A stretch of 64,000 nucleotides of DNA from a virus (IMGVR_UViG_3300031994_000010:64001-128000), one strand, 5' to 3'; positions 31,951 through 42,778 are shown, counted from the first letter of the stretch. Notes: a model not told the origin generated them from the letters alone. Numbers and translations are program-made.

Positions 31951-32598
31951 GCTCCTCTATAGTTGTAGGTTTAGGTTTTTTTTGAAGATTAGCATTATTA
32001 ATATCTTGAACCAATTTATTATTATAATAATCAATAAGGGATTCTCTAAATTCTTCCCAAAGTATAAGACACTTTGCATATTCTTTAGGTGTGAACTTGT
32101 ATCCCATTACTTCTAAGTCTCCAGCATTCCAAGATGTGACAAATATACGTTCTTTGTCAAAATAAAGATCATAAGGTATATTTGAAGTAGTTTTAAAATT
32201 TACAACTATTTGCTCATTCTTTTTATAAATCCTATTTATAAGTTGAGGATTATTCTTTAAATAACTTAATAACTTTTTCCAGTCCATAATTAATCGATTT
32301 TCTTAGTATTTATAAATTGATTAATCTTTCCCGTATGATAAATATCAAAATTCTTACTTATCTCTTCAATTAATAGTGCAGCTTCAGCATATTCTAAAGA
32401 ATTTAATGTTTTACTAAAAATATTGGTATGCCATACATCTCCTTTGTATGAAACAATTATTTTACTATCACGTAATAATATCCAATAATTATTATGGTCA
32501 TAATTAAATTCTAAATTATACCCACCAAGAATATATTGTATATTAGTTAAATACTGCACATTATCCTTTAAATGTTCTAATAACTTTTTCCAGTCCAT
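31925..32598 (-). repeat. Tandem paralogue pair (both start MDWKKLL.YLK.N)
   Basis: 31925-32287 and 32290-32598 share N-terminus and EYA motif. Confidence 0.6.
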
Positions 32599-32600
32599 AA

Positions 32601-33065
32601 TTAATCAATGTTCATTAATATTTTTTCAAAATCTGAGTATTTGATTTCAGAGAAAAAACTATTTAACCATTTAAGTGCTTCTAAGTCTTCCTCTTGTTCT
32701 TTTAATATATCTTTTTCTTCTATCAATTGATTTAAAGTATCTAAGTCTGGAGTTACTCCAAGTTCTTTTAATACTTCAATTTTGTTTTGATGGGACTTTT
32801 TACTATCTTCTAATTCTTCTTGTAATTGATAGATGATACTTTTTATATCTCCTTCTTTCAATTCGTCATATTTAGGTTCATCCACTCCTATATAAGTAGG
32901 GTGTAAATATTCATAAAAGTTTCTGTATATAGAAGAATTACGAGAAAAACTCATCAGAGCCAAAGGTTCTCCTTTAGAAATTTCAACTTCTTCTGAAGTT
33001 CCATCTTCTTTATAATGAGTTTTAGTTCTTTTTGGAACTAAATAAAATGTTAAATAACTACTCAT
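32601..33065 (-). CDS. Hypothetical coiled-coil protein
   Basis: ORF track. Confidence 0.6.
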   Translation of the reverse strand: MSSYLTFYLVPKRTKTHYKEDGTSEEVEISKGEPLALMSFSRNSSIYRNFYEYLHPTYIGVDEPKYDELKEGDIKSIIYQLQEELEDSKKSHQNKIEVLKELGVTPDLDTLNQLIEEKDILKEQEEDLEALKWLNSFFSEIKYSDFEKILMNID

Positions 33066-34669
33066 ACATTTTCAAAAGTACCACTAGTTCTTACATTATT
33101 AATAAACAAATCATAGGAAATACCATGAGCATTTCTACTATAATTAAAGTTAGAGTAATCGGAAGCTCCGAATAAACTTAAAACATTTCTATAATCAAAT
33201 AAATTACAAGAACTTAACGCATTAGAATGTAGGTCTCCTTTAACAAAATGAGTTTTACTTCCCATTTTTATATTGTTATCTTCCATCCATTCATAAATCA
33301 TTACCTTAGTACGCTCATCAAGTACCAATGGCATAGGTCTCTTCATAAACATACTATCTTTCCCATGGCAAATACAATACGTGTGATCAAATACTTTAAA
33401 ACTACCTATAAATTCTTTAAATAGAGTGAAAGGAACTTCCTTATAATAGTTGTTTACAAGGTTCTTTAAAGCTAAAGTAGCAACATACCCAGTAATCCCA
33501 TCATGATTTCCTTCTTTTACAGAATAAATTTCTAGATGTTCACAACAAGTTCTTAAATTATCAATAAATGGAACCATAACTTCAAGGAAAGTTTCAATTT
33601 GTTCCATATTATCCATATTCTGAGGCATTATATGGTCTCGTCTTGCTGTTTGCCCGTCCATTCCATCCAAGTTATCGCCAAGCAAACATAACACAATCTT
33701 ATAATAAGGACCAATTTTCGACACCCTAGTAATAGTGTTGTCCAAACGCTCTTTAAGCTCTTCTCTATTCCAATCATTTTCATATAAAGTATAAGAATTA
33801 CATTTTGCTCCAATATGCATATCAGATAAAAATAGGACTATAGTTCTTTCCTCAGAGTTTGTGGATAGTTCTGCTTTTGGAGAAGGAGTAAATCCTGTTA
33901 AATCAACTTTAATAGTATCTAAAGATTCAAGTTGTGCCTGAAGTTCTCTATTCTCTCTAGCTAGTTTAACAGCAGTATGTCTAATATCATTAAGTTCGTC
34001 TTTTTCTATCTTCTTTAAGAAATCATTTTCTTTTTCTCTAAGATGATATTCTTTTAACTCTTCTTCGGTCTTCTCTTCATACATATGTGGAGCAAATGGA
34101 CCACTTGCTTTAGTTATGTTAAAAGCACGAAGAATACGTTTAAAATCTTGTAAAGAATAATCAGGAAAATGTCTACTTACTTCTCTTTGAGTTATAGAAG
34201 CTCCGTAATAAGAATACAAACGATAAATAGTCTGCATTTCATCCCTTGTAAGAGTTCCTTGTACAGGAGTTTTATCTCTTCTATATACTTTAAAACTATA
34301 TCCAACAATCTTACCTTCAGAGTTTCTTACAAAAGAAGATTCTATTTTATCATCAGTATCTTGAACTTCTTCAGTATGTTCAGCTTCTAATTGTAACCCT
34401 GGGATAATTAATTCTGTCCCTTCATTATATAAGTTATCTATTTCTGCTCCTCTATACTTAAGAGAATTATATTTTAATATAATATTATTAACTATATCAT
34501 ATAATTCATTCTCAGGAGTTATAGATTCTTGTTTAAGTTTACACATTAAACTATAAAAATAAGAAGGAGATTTTCCCTCACTATTAAAATATGCGTTGAT
34601 AGAAAGTCCAGATTTCTCAATGGAATTTACTAAATTATTTAATTTTTCAATGGTTGTTTTTCTTATCAT
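33062..34669 (-). CDS. Large protein with C-terminal metallophosphoesterase domain
   Basis: SDMH, LGD, GNHD, CHG, GDLH after helical/coiled-coil N-half. Confidence 0.78.
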   Translation of the reverse strand: MIRKTTIEKLNNLVNSIEKSGLSINAYFNSEGKSPSYFYSLMCKLKQESITPENELYDIVNNIILKYNSLKYRGAEIDNLYNEGTELIIPGLQLEAEHTEEVQDTDDKIESSFVRNSEGKIVGYSFKVYRRDKTPVQGTLTRDEMQTIYRLYSYYGASITQREVSRHFPDYSLQDFKRILRAFNITKASGPFAPHMYEEKTEEELKEYHLREKENDFLKKIEKDELNDIRHTAVKLARENRELQAQLESLDTIKVDLTGFTPSPKAELSTNSEERTIVLFLSDMHIGAKCNSYTLYENDWNREELKERLDNTITRVSKIGPYYKIVLCLLGDNLDGMDGQTARRDHIMPQNMDNMEQIETFLEVMVPFIDNLRTCCEHLEIYSVKEGNHDGITGYVATLALKNLVNNYYKEVPFTLFKEFIGSFKVFDHTYCICHGKDSMFMKRPMPLVLDERTKVMIYEWMEDNNIKMGSKTHFVKGDLHSNALSSCNLFDYRNVLSLFGASDYSNFNYSRNAHGISYDLFINNVRTSGTFENV

Positions 34670-34713
34670 TTTTCAATGTTTTAAATTTATGAGTTGTTAC
34701 ACCGTTAATAAAT

Positions 34714-34748
34714 AAAAAAGGTAGCTACCCTCACGGGCAACTACCTTA
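34714..34748 (-). terminator. Intrinsic terminator
   Basis: aaggtag...ctacctt stem followed by T-tract on - strand. Confidence 0.7.
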
Positions 34749-34784
34749 ATAAAAAAACAAAAGTTATATTATGAAAACAAAAAA

Positions 34785-35336
34785 TTAAAGCTTCTCAAGA
34801 CCGAAGACAACATACTCGCCAATACGAGCGCTCTTAGAGGGAACATAATCCCAAGTGAAAGCTACACTTTCGCCTTCAGTAACTACATACTGAATCTCAC
34901 ACTTACCACCAGCCTTCAAGCCTTTCTTCATAAGAGCCTTTACAGCCTCCTCAGCAGTCTTCTTAGTGCCGTGAATCTTATCAAGAATATTACCCTGATT
35001 GTCAATCAAAGTATATACACGACCAATCTTTCTGCGACCCTGCTCGTTCTTAACATTATTGAACTTATAAGGACGAGTACGAGTACTCTCAACAGCAGCA
35101 GTCTTTGTAATATAATATCCTGCACCGGCCTTGTTACCCTTCTTTGCAAGATAATCTACCATAAAGTCCTTAACATCCTTCTCAGTGTAATTAGCACCAA
35201 CTTTCTTCTGCCAATTCTTAAATGCCTGAGTAGCATCACCCATAATCACTAAATCTTCTGCCTTATCAAGAGCTTCCTTCTTAGTTTCACCTACTACGCT
35301 AAAGTTCACAAACTTACCATTAATTACATTACTCAT
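34785..35336 (-). CDS. Highly expressed hypothetical protein
   Basis: AAG/GGT-biased codons; own promoter and terminator. Confidence 0.7.
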   Translation of the reverse strand: MSNVINGKFVNFSVVGETKKEALDKAEDLVIMGDATQAFKNWQKKVGANYTEKDVKDFMVDYLAKKGNKAGAGYYITKTAAVESTRTRPYKFNNVKNEQGRRKIGRVYTLIDNQGNILDKIHGTKKTAEEAVKALMKKGLKAGGKCEIQYVVTEGESVAFTWDYVPSKSARIGEYVVFGLEKL

Positions 35337-35406
35337 AAAATTTTCCTTTCAACATTAATTCATAAAAAACTTAAATAATCTGCGTTCTCTCATCGGAGAA
35401 GTGATA

Positions 35407-35440
35407 CAAGTATATCTATGAATAACCAAAAATCAAAGAG
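35407..35440 (-). promoter_or_regulatory. Bacteroidota sigmaA-type promoter
   Basis: TTTG-N~19-TATACTTG resembles TTTG/TAnnTTTG consensus. Confidence 0.55.
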
Positions 35441-35470
35441 ATAATATGTTAAAAAATGTTAACGATTGTT

Positions 35471-35827
35471 TTAAAATGGTAATCGTTTTTTAAGTATCTC
35501 TTTTACTGTTTTGGGCATATCTGCGGGTTTAATGTTAAAAGTTGGAAATTCTGTGCATTCATATCCAAAATTTTCACACATAACTGCCAATCCTTTTATT
35601 TCATTATCATCTAGTCCTGTGCCCTCGCACAGTTTATTGACTACTTTGTAGTAGGTCACATCTGGTTTTTTCTTTTTCATTGATGTGGTGATGAAGCATA
35701 TCAATGAAATAAGAGCAAATTTAGTGTTTATATCGGAAGCAATAGCTCCTAAATTGAAATATTCACTAAATATTGCTTCTAATTGCTTATATGATAAATT
35801 ACCATCCATTGAACTTATAATAAGCAA
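35471..35827 (-). CDS. Hypothetical protein
   Basis: ORF track. Confidence 0.6.
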   Translation of the reverse strand: MLIISSMDGNLSYKQLEAIFSEYFNLGAIASDINTKFALISLICFITTSMKKKKPDVTYYKVVNKLCEGTGLDDNEIKGLAVMCENFGYECTEFPTFNIKPADMPKTVKEILKKRLPF

Positions 35828-36809
35828 CTAATTTAAGCAAGGTCTTAAATTCATTAAAACCTCTTTGTAAATCTTTATTTGTTAACGGATATACACAACC
35901 ATTATAATCTGGAAATGTTTCAAGAACCAAACAATTTGCTTCCATTTTAGGTTTGTCTAAGTCATAAAATTTCTTAGCACATAAACTTAGAAGCCACATA
36001 TACATTCCTAATTCTCTATAATAATGGTATTTATTAAATGCTCCTTTGAACATATTAATAGGTTTACTTGATGTTTTTAAATCATTTACCATAATAAGGT
36101 TTTCATCCTTATTTATAGAGAAATTATCTAACTTAGATTTAAGTCTAAGTATAATAGGTTCTTTGTCTTCAACAGAAGCTTCTACATCTAAAAGAATAGT
36201 TTTCTCATTACCTGTCACAGGTGGTTCTAATATTCCTTCAGGTTGTAACAACTTATGAAATTCATCATATCCTTCATAAGTATTTAACATTCCAGCAACG
36301 GCATCACGTTTCTTTTCATCTAGGAATATAGGAGTTTTAGTTTCATATTGATGAGCATCCTCCCAATCAGTTCTAGTTCTCCAATAAGTAGAACATTTTT
36401 CTTTAAGGTCTTGAATCTTCTTAGAATTCATTTTACCCTTATAATAGTCTATTTTATCAGATGCTGCTATAATTTCTTCATCAGTAGGCAGTTTACCAAA
36501 TTTATAAAGAGTATCTGCCATAAACCCAGCTTTTGCAGTAGGTCTATTTACACCTTCAACAATAAAATAAGACTCTGGTTGAAGTATCATTGAATGAACA
36601 GCACTTCCTAGAACTAAACTATCTAAATATAAAGAAGGTCTTTCTTTAAAATATTTCTCTGGAGAACCTTCTTGTTCTGGATTAATCAAAGAAAGTCTAG
36701 AATTAGAAACATAGTCTGAATATTTCTCACTGAAATATATTTCATCAGATATATCTTCTAATCTTAGACTTTCTAGTATAGGTTTAATTTTAACGTCCTT
36801 AAAAGTCAC
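35799..36809 (-). CDS. PD-(D/E)XK exonuclease (RecE/DUF3799-like)
   Basis: SNSRL, GSAVH, E...KSKLD...DLKT, Y...MY. Confidence 0.8.
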   Translation of the reverse strand: MTFKDVKIKPILESLRLEDISDEIYFSEKYSDYVSNSRLSLINPEQEGSPEKYFKERPSLYLDSLVLGSAVHSMILQPESYFIVEGVNRPTAKAGFMADTLYKFGKLPTDEEIIAASDKIDYYKGKMNSKKIQDLKEKCSTYWRTRTDWEDAHQYETKTPIFLDEKKRDAVAGMLNTYEGYDEFHKLLQPEGILEPPVTGNEKTILLDVEASVEDKEPIILRLKSKLDNFSINKDENLIMVNDLKTSSKPINMFKGAFNKYHYYRELGMYMWLLSLCAKKFYDLDKPKMEANCLVLETFPDYNGCVYPLTNKDLQRGFNEFKTLLKLVAYYKFNGW

Positions 36810-36947
36810 AAATAATTTGTATATTAATAGTTTGTCCAGTTAGTCGTGAATATAGTAATTTAGCTGCATTAGAATTCTCTGCATACATTGTGACAAATCC
36901 ATAATATGGAATTTTATCACCATCACCTCTAGCTAAAATGTACTTTT

Positions 36948-37469
36948 TCATAATAAACTTTTAAAGTTGCTGAAAATATCACTTTCAACGGCTAAATTAT
37001 AAGCATCTTCTATTTCGTTATAATCTAAACTATAAATTCTACAGATTGGTCCCCATTCTTGATTTTTAGGAGAGTCAATTAGTAAACAAGGTATACCATG
37101 TAAATTTAAATCTATAAAATTCTTTAAGGAATCTTCAATAAAAACATCTACTCTTCCTTTTAAAGTTTTAGCTTTACTTATATGGTATCCAGGTAATTGA
37201 TATAGAGGACTATTAGGTAAATCGTGATCACTAAGATACCTTTTTGTCCAGATTTTTTTGCTAACTCTTGCAGAACAATATAATTTTGGAGTAAAGTTAG
37301 GCCTTCTTAATACTGGAAGACCTAACCAAAACTCTCTTTCATTAATTAGGATATGTTCCACATTTCTAGTAATAGCCCAATCATAATTAGGCCATTTACC
37401 AAAACGTTTCAGATACCCACCGTCAAAGTCTGCAATAGTGCCATCAATATCAAGCCCTATCCTCAACAT
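36948..37469 (-). CDS. HAD-family 5'(3')-nucleotidase-like protein
   Basis: DIDGTIADF, FIEDS. Confidence 0.8.
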   Translation of the reverse strand: MLRIGLDIDGTIADFDGGYLKRFGKWPNYDWAITRNVEHILINEREFWLGLPVLRRPNFTPKLYCSARVSKKIWTKRYLSDHDLPNSPLYQLPGYHISKAKTLKGRVDVFIEDSLKNFIDLNLHGIPCLLIDSPKNQEWGPICRIYSLDYNEIEDAYNLAVESDIFSNFKSLL

Positions 37470-38016
37470 CTGTCTTAGTTTCCTTTAAACCTGGGATAAT
37501 CTTCGGACCCATTGGAATGTTTCCTACAGAATTCTTAGCAGTTAAACCAGTTTCATTGCAAAACATTTTCTTTTCCTCGTTAGAAAGGTTTTTGTAAGAC
37601 GTAATAAGTCTCTTTACATAAGTTTCTCTTTTCATAATTTTAAATTTTGTTACCGTTTTGAATAATTAAATCTACTATTTGATCTAAGGTTAAACAATAA
37701 CCTACATTTCCTTCGTCTAAGAATTCGCCCATCATATCACGTAACCAGTTTATAATACTTCTACGATCCTTTAATTGCTCGGCTTCTTCTTCCATAAGAT
37801 CTTCGACTCTACGATCAAATTCTTTCTTTGCTTCAGGTAGGATAGTTTTAATTTCTTCCTTAGTTATGTCTGGATTGTCATACTCAAGAGCTGCAATGAA
37901 GCTATCTCTAGTTCCCTCCCAGTCATCTGGCCACCAGTCATACTCGAATAACATTTCTAGAATTTCAGGAATTGATACTTCTTCCTCAACTTCTACTAAC
38001 TTAGTCTTTTTAACTT

Positions 38017-38952
38017 TCATACTTTAATTACTTTTATAGGATTTAAATTAAATGAACTTGGAGTAATAGTAACTTTACCATTATCCAATAAAATATTTTT
38101 AGAGTAGGCTTCTTGTGGATAAGTAGAAATAGGAAGTTTAGTTCCCTTATTTATATAAGGATAGAAATTAGCTCCAAATGCCACATTACTAATGTTATTT
38201 TTAATAATTTCTTCTTCAAGATACTCATATACTCCATCCTCTATACCTTTAGTACTTCTACCATGAGCCATTAAAGGTAAAAGAACGTGATAGTGAATAT
38301 CTTTACCAAAGTTTTTAGCATACACTATAAAATCTTCAACAGATTTCTTATTAGAAATAATATGATGAATCATTACTTTACAGTCGCCATATTTAAGAAG
38401 ATTATAGATAGCTTTTAAAGCATTTAAACGAACTAACTCATTTCCAAAAGAAACAGCTACTCCTCCAACAAAGTTCTTTGTATATTCAAGAATTTCCTGA
38501 CACCAAGGATCAGAATAATCAGATAAGATTAAACCATTAGTAGTATAGTTGGGAACTACATCAGTTTCAAATACTGTTTGAATAAACTTAGTAAATTGTT
38601 TAGAACAAGTAGGTTCTCCAGTTGAACCAATTGCTATCTGGTATGGGCGTAAACTAGTAGAAACATTACCTCTCTTCTTAATAGGATATTGTTCCATCCA
38701 ACGTTTCCATGTTCCACAAATATCTTCAAAGTCTCTTCCACCCTTACCAGCAGATACATAACAAAATGGACACATTAAGTTACATCTTGTAGTAATTCCT
38801 ACATCATAAAACTCAGATAACTCAGGAGGAAGTTCAATGATTTCTTCATCATCTTCTCCAAGTCTTATAGTAACTAAATTATTCCAAATTGCTCTATAAT
38901 TATAGTCTTTAAGAGTACGAATCTTAGTACCCCAACTTTTAAAATCTTTCAT
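38017..38952 (-). CDS. Radical SAM protein
   Basis: CNLMCPFCY, GEPT, NYTTNG, GGVAVS. Confidence 0.88.
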   Translation of the reverse strand: MKDFKSWGTKIRTLKDYNYRAIWNNLVTIRLGEDDEEIIELPPELSEFYDVGITTRCNLMCPFCYVSAGKGGRDFEDICGTWKRWMEQYPIKKRGNVSTSLRPYQIAIGSTGEPTCSKQFTKFIQTVFETDVVPNYTTNGLILSDYSDPWCQEILEYTKNFVGGVAVSFGNELVRLNALKAIYNLLKYGDCKVMIHHIISNKKSVEDFIVYAKNFGKDIHYHVLLPLMAHGRSTKGIEDGVYEYLEEEIIKNNISNVAFGANFYPYINKGTKLPISTYPQEAYSKNILLDNGKVTITPSSFNLNPIKVIKV

Positions 38953-39257
38953 GCTTCTGTTACTAAATCAATTTTATCTATATTCCAATGTTCTCTACGA
39001 ACTAACTCTGCAGCGGCTTCTGGACAAGTAGCAGTACACCATTCTTTGTCATAGTCACCATCTTTTGTAGTAAATCGTACAATATACTTTTTCATCCTAA
39101 AGCATCGTCTAAATCACCAATTTCACCACCTAATCCTAAATTATCTGGTTCCCAATTATTTGGAATAAACCAACAATTCTTATCAGGATCAAAGTAACAC
39201 TCTTTTGGATAATCTGGATTATCCATATAATCCTGAATTTCAGGCCATTCTACTTTT

Positions 39258-39566
39258 CTATACAAATCTGTCATAATGAAAATTCATTATTACTGGTTTA
39301 TCTTTACATAATTCTTCTACTACTGCTTTATAAAGGTCTAAAAACTTATCCTTATGATAAGGGACATCAATTTTTATTGTATTGTCGTCCCTCTTATCAA
39401 ATTCACTTAGACAAAGGGTTTGCTCTCTTTCCTGTCTCCAACAGTCAAAGAACTCATATAAATCAGTGTGAATATTATCGAGAATTTCTGGATCAGTTCC
39501 AGATATAACGCAAAAAACCTCACTACTAGAATTAGTAATGAGGTCACTTATACTTTTAATTTTCAT
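39258..39566 (-). CDS. 'ITNSSSEVF'-motif protein 4
   Basis: MKIKSISDLITNSSSEVF. Confidence 0.75.
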   Translation of the reverse strand: MKIKSISDLITNSSSEVFCVISGTDPEILDNIHTDLYEFFDCWRQEREQTLCLSEFDKRDDNTIKIDVPYHKDKFLDLYKAVVEELCKDKPVIMNFHYDRFV

Positions 39567-40015
39567 CCTAGATGGTGTCTTTGAATTGATTCAATAGGTT
39601 TCTTTTTATGCTTTAAACCAGGTTCATCAGGTTTATGATTCCAATCGTAGTAAGGTAATTCTACTTCACCTAAATCTTTTGCCCAATATCCTTGAAATTT
39701 ATCTCGAAATTTCTTATTCCAATATAAATTATCAATAATACTCATTAACCAACTTGGTATAGTATTATCACTAGTAGAATGAATTAACAAATCATTCTTA
39801 TGAACATAGTAATACCACTCGTCATCAATATAAGTTTCATCAGATATTGTAGTATATAACATATCATCAATATCTTCTTCAAATAAGTCACAAATACTTT
39901 TTAAGAACTCAGGAATTTCTTGATTAATTTCATCCTGAAATTCTGGTTTAGCGTGAATTATAAATACTTCACTAGAAGAATTTGTAATTACGTCAGATAC
40001 ACTAATAATTTTCAT
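39563..40015 (-). CDS. 'ITNSSSEVF'-motif protein 3
   Basis: MKIISVSDVITNSSSEVF. Confidence 0.75.
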   Translation of the reverse strand: MKIISVSDVITNSSSEVFIIHAKPEFQDEINQEIPEFLKSICDLFEEDIDDMLYTTISDETYIDDEWYYYVHKNDLLIHSTSDNTIPSWLMSIIDNLYWNKKFRDKFQGYWAKDLGEVELPYYDWNHKPDEPGLKHKKKPIESIQRHHLG

Positions 40016-40410
40016 GCTCGATCTTTAATATATTCAATGTTATTATTAAGTAATTCATCTTCAACTAAACATATACGTGAATAACCTGAGTCTGAATCAT
40101 CATCCTCTTCAAAAATTGCTTTATCGAGAAGATCCTTCAAGAAAATTTCTAAAACAGAAGTTGCTTTGTCATTATCCAATTTACTTATCTCTTCTATAAA
40201 GTCGTAATCACTAAGAAAACTAGGAAGACATAGAGTATCTATTACATCACGAAGTTCATAATTTAAAAATTTTTCGAAAACGTTTTGCTTAGTTATAGTT
40301 TTAAAATATTTTTGACATTCTGGAGGAAGTTTATTTAAATCCTTACTATCAATAATAAAAACTTCACTTGACGAATTAGTAATTACGTCAGATACACTTA
40401 ATATTTTCAT
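40012..40410 (-). CDS. 'ITNSSSEVF'-motif protein 2
   Basis: MKILSVSDVITNSSSEVF. Confidence 0.75.
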   Translation of the reverse strand: MKILSVSDVITNSSSEVFIIDSKDLNKLPPECQKYFKTITKQNVFEKFLNYELRDVIDTLCLPSFLSDYDFIEEISKLDNDKATSVLEIFLKDLLDKAIFEEDDDSDSGYSRICLVEDELLNNNIEYIKDRA

Positions 40411-41026
40411 AATTCATAAAAGTTTTTAACCCAGATGCTTTTATTTGATCAATTACATATTTAATAAATTCTGGTTCTCTTTCAAATATGGATTCCTTAT
40501 TTAATATATCATAGGCAAAATCTGGATAAGGAATTTTATCTTCTTCGCGAGTGTCTCCTCCTAAAATAGTGCAATTCTTATATATGTAATCTCTTGTAGC
40601 ATCCTGTGCTTGGTCTGAATCCAAATATAGTAGATTTTCTATATCAGAAATATTGTATTCTTCTAACCAATCTTTTACAGTATATGAAAATTCCTTTTTA
40701 TCAAGGTCTGGATATTTTTCATAATATTCGGATACATCTTCCCAAGTTATGTCATTTTCTGGATCGTTTATCATTTCCTCCCAGTCTCCTAACATACCTT
40801 TACGTATAAACCATAAATCAGCAGCTTGAGAAATATAAAAGACAGTCCAATCACCAATATCAAAAATTCCTCCCATTCCAGAACCTCTGTCTATTTTTCC
40901 TTCATAACCATCTTTATGAATTTCCAACAAGATGTCTTTTAACTCTTTAGCTTTGTACTGAGATGTAAGAAGAAAAACTTCAGAACTACTATTAGTAATT
41001 ACATCAGATACACTTAATATTTTCAT
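40388..41026 (-). CDS. 'ITNSSSEVF'-motif protein 1
   Basis: MKILSVSDVITNSSSEVF. Confidence 0.75.
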   Translation of the reverse strand: MKILSVSDVITNSSSEVFLLTSQYKAKELKDILLEIHKDGYEGKIDRGSGMGGIFDIGDWTVFYISQAADLWFIRKGMLGDWEEMINDPENDITWEDVSEYYEKYPDLDKKEFSYTVKDWLEEYNISDIENLLYLDSDQAQDATRDYIYKNCTILGGDTREEDKIPYPDFAYDILNKESIFEREPEFIKYVIDQIKASGLKTFMNYENIKCI

Positions 41027-41237
41027 ATTTCATCTATTTCCAATAAGTCAGAAACATAAATTGCATAATTATTACACTCTTCAATAACTTCATCCCAATC
41101 AAGTCCAATCAAATCTAAATTTTCATTTAATTGTTCAAGTTTAGAACTAGCTTTATCTACTGCATTTTGATAACCAGTTGCAGTAATCTTTTTAATCTGG
41201 TTCACTTCATTTACTGTATAAGCAAATATATAAGTAT

Positions 41238-41786
41238 TCATAATATATGATTTTGTTTAGTGTACGCATCAAGTAATTGATAAAAGAAATAATCTGGAAT
41301 AATAAATACTGTATTATCTGTAGTTAATGTATTTTTCTTCCAACATAAACAGAATGGTTTAGACTTATCTGAACATTGCTCTCTAATATTGAAATAACTA
41401 GGAGTGTTTGCATAATTCTTTGCTTGAATATTCACTGGTAACTTACCTTCTACATCACAAATATCAACTTTATCTGCGTCTAGAGAACGGCTTTGTCCCG
41501 CAGAACGTTCACACCCTACATATCCAATAGCTCTAAGTTGGTCTCTTATTTGATACTCTAAATCTTTACCTTTGGTTTTAGATTTTTTAGCACGATATGA
41601 CCTCTTAGTATGTTCATCTAACCATTCACAGCTTATCCCATCTTTAGGAGTAGTATTTTTATTAGCTCTTATCTTAATTGCTTGTACACTTAATCCACTA
41701 TTTTCACTAGCTTCTTCTATAGAAGCATATTCTTCTGTACGTCCATCTTTATAAGTAAGACGTACAGATGTATTTAGCTACTTCAT
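41238..41786 (-). CDS. Holliday-junction-resolvase-like PD-(D/E)XK nuclease with TAG at codon 3 (182 aa)
   Basis: ATG AAG TAG CTA...; KGKDLEYQI...DKVDI...NIQAK; ATG overlaps primase TGA. Confidence 0.78.
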
Positions 41787-42778
41787 TTTACACGTTTTTT
41801 AATATTCTCTTTTATAAATTCAATAGTTTTATCTTTTCCAAACATCTTATAGAAATCTGATATATCCTTTGCTCCATATTTACGAGGTATCCAAAAATAA
41901 TTAAGTTCTGGATGCTCTTTTTTAATCTTATTCATATTAGATATTCCAGGTAAATCATTATCATAAAATACAACGATATGATTAAATCTAGTTTTTAAAT
42001 CTGACAACATTTTATCCGAAATAAATAAATTTTCAGAATTAGGGGCTATTGCAGCTATTCCCATACTATAAAGTACCATACAATCTTTCATAGATTTAGT
42101 AATAACTAGTAATTTACTTTTTTTAGGAAGTTGTGCATACCCTTGAACAAGTTTAGATGGAGTATTAGATAAAAATCTATAAGTGGTTCGTTTTGGAAAA
42201 TAAATTCTCCAATATTCTAATCCGTCCTTTTTTCCTTCATAATAACCAAACATCATACTATCTTTAGAAGAAGTAATAAATAAGTTACCATTTAAGAAAA
42301 TGTTTTTACAACTAAATACTTTGTATTTGTTTAGAATTTCTGGAGTTATTCCAAAACTCTTCCACCAATCTAATTCTTTCTTAGAATATTCTTTTATCTC
42401 TACTCGTATATCGGATGTACCATTATCTACAAACTTTTCAACAGTTGGAATCTTTTTAACTTTAGCTGATTTACCTGAAATAAATCCAAAATCTATAGCT
42501 ATTTGATTTAAAGCTTGATAATAGCTAAGACCGTATTTATACATTACTACAGCTACAAAGTTTCCATAAAAAGAACCATTAAAATCTTTAAAGATAAGTT
42601 CTCCAGCTTTATTTCTATAAAAGGAACAAGTAGGAGATTTGTCTTTTCTAAGAGGAGATTTAAACAATCCTTTCTTAACTGGAATGTCTAGATAATAAGT
42701 CATATAGACTTCTTCAGAATGTTTAGATAAAAGATATTCCTTAGTAATTCTGGGTTCAAAATCAAATTTAAGTTCCAT
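41783..42778 (-). CDS. DNA primase (crAss-like, Toprim)
   Basis: SPLRKD..PTCSF N-domain; ITKSMKD and YDND Toprim motifs. Confidence 0.85.
   Translation of the reverse strand: MELKFDFEPRITKEYLLSKHSEEVYMTYYLDIPVKKGLFKSPLRKDKSPTCSFYRNKAGELIFKDFNGSFYGNFVAVVMYKYGLSYYQALNQIAIDFGFISGKSAKVKKIPTVEKFVDNGTSDIRVEIKEYSKKELDWWKSFGITPEILNKYKVFSCKNIFLNGNLFITSSKDSMMFGYYEGKKDGLEYWRIYFPKRTTYRFLSNTPSKLVQGYAQLPKKSKLLVITKSMKDCMVLYSMGIAAIAPNSENLFISDKMLSDLKTRFNHIVVFYDNDLPGISNMNKIKKEHPELNYFWIPRKYGAKDISDFYKMFGKDKTIEFIKENIKKRVK

Noticed and set aside
39258-41026. CRISPR or DGR repeats
   Set aside because: Repeats are codon-diverged protein N-termini; no cas or reverse transcriptase gene in window.
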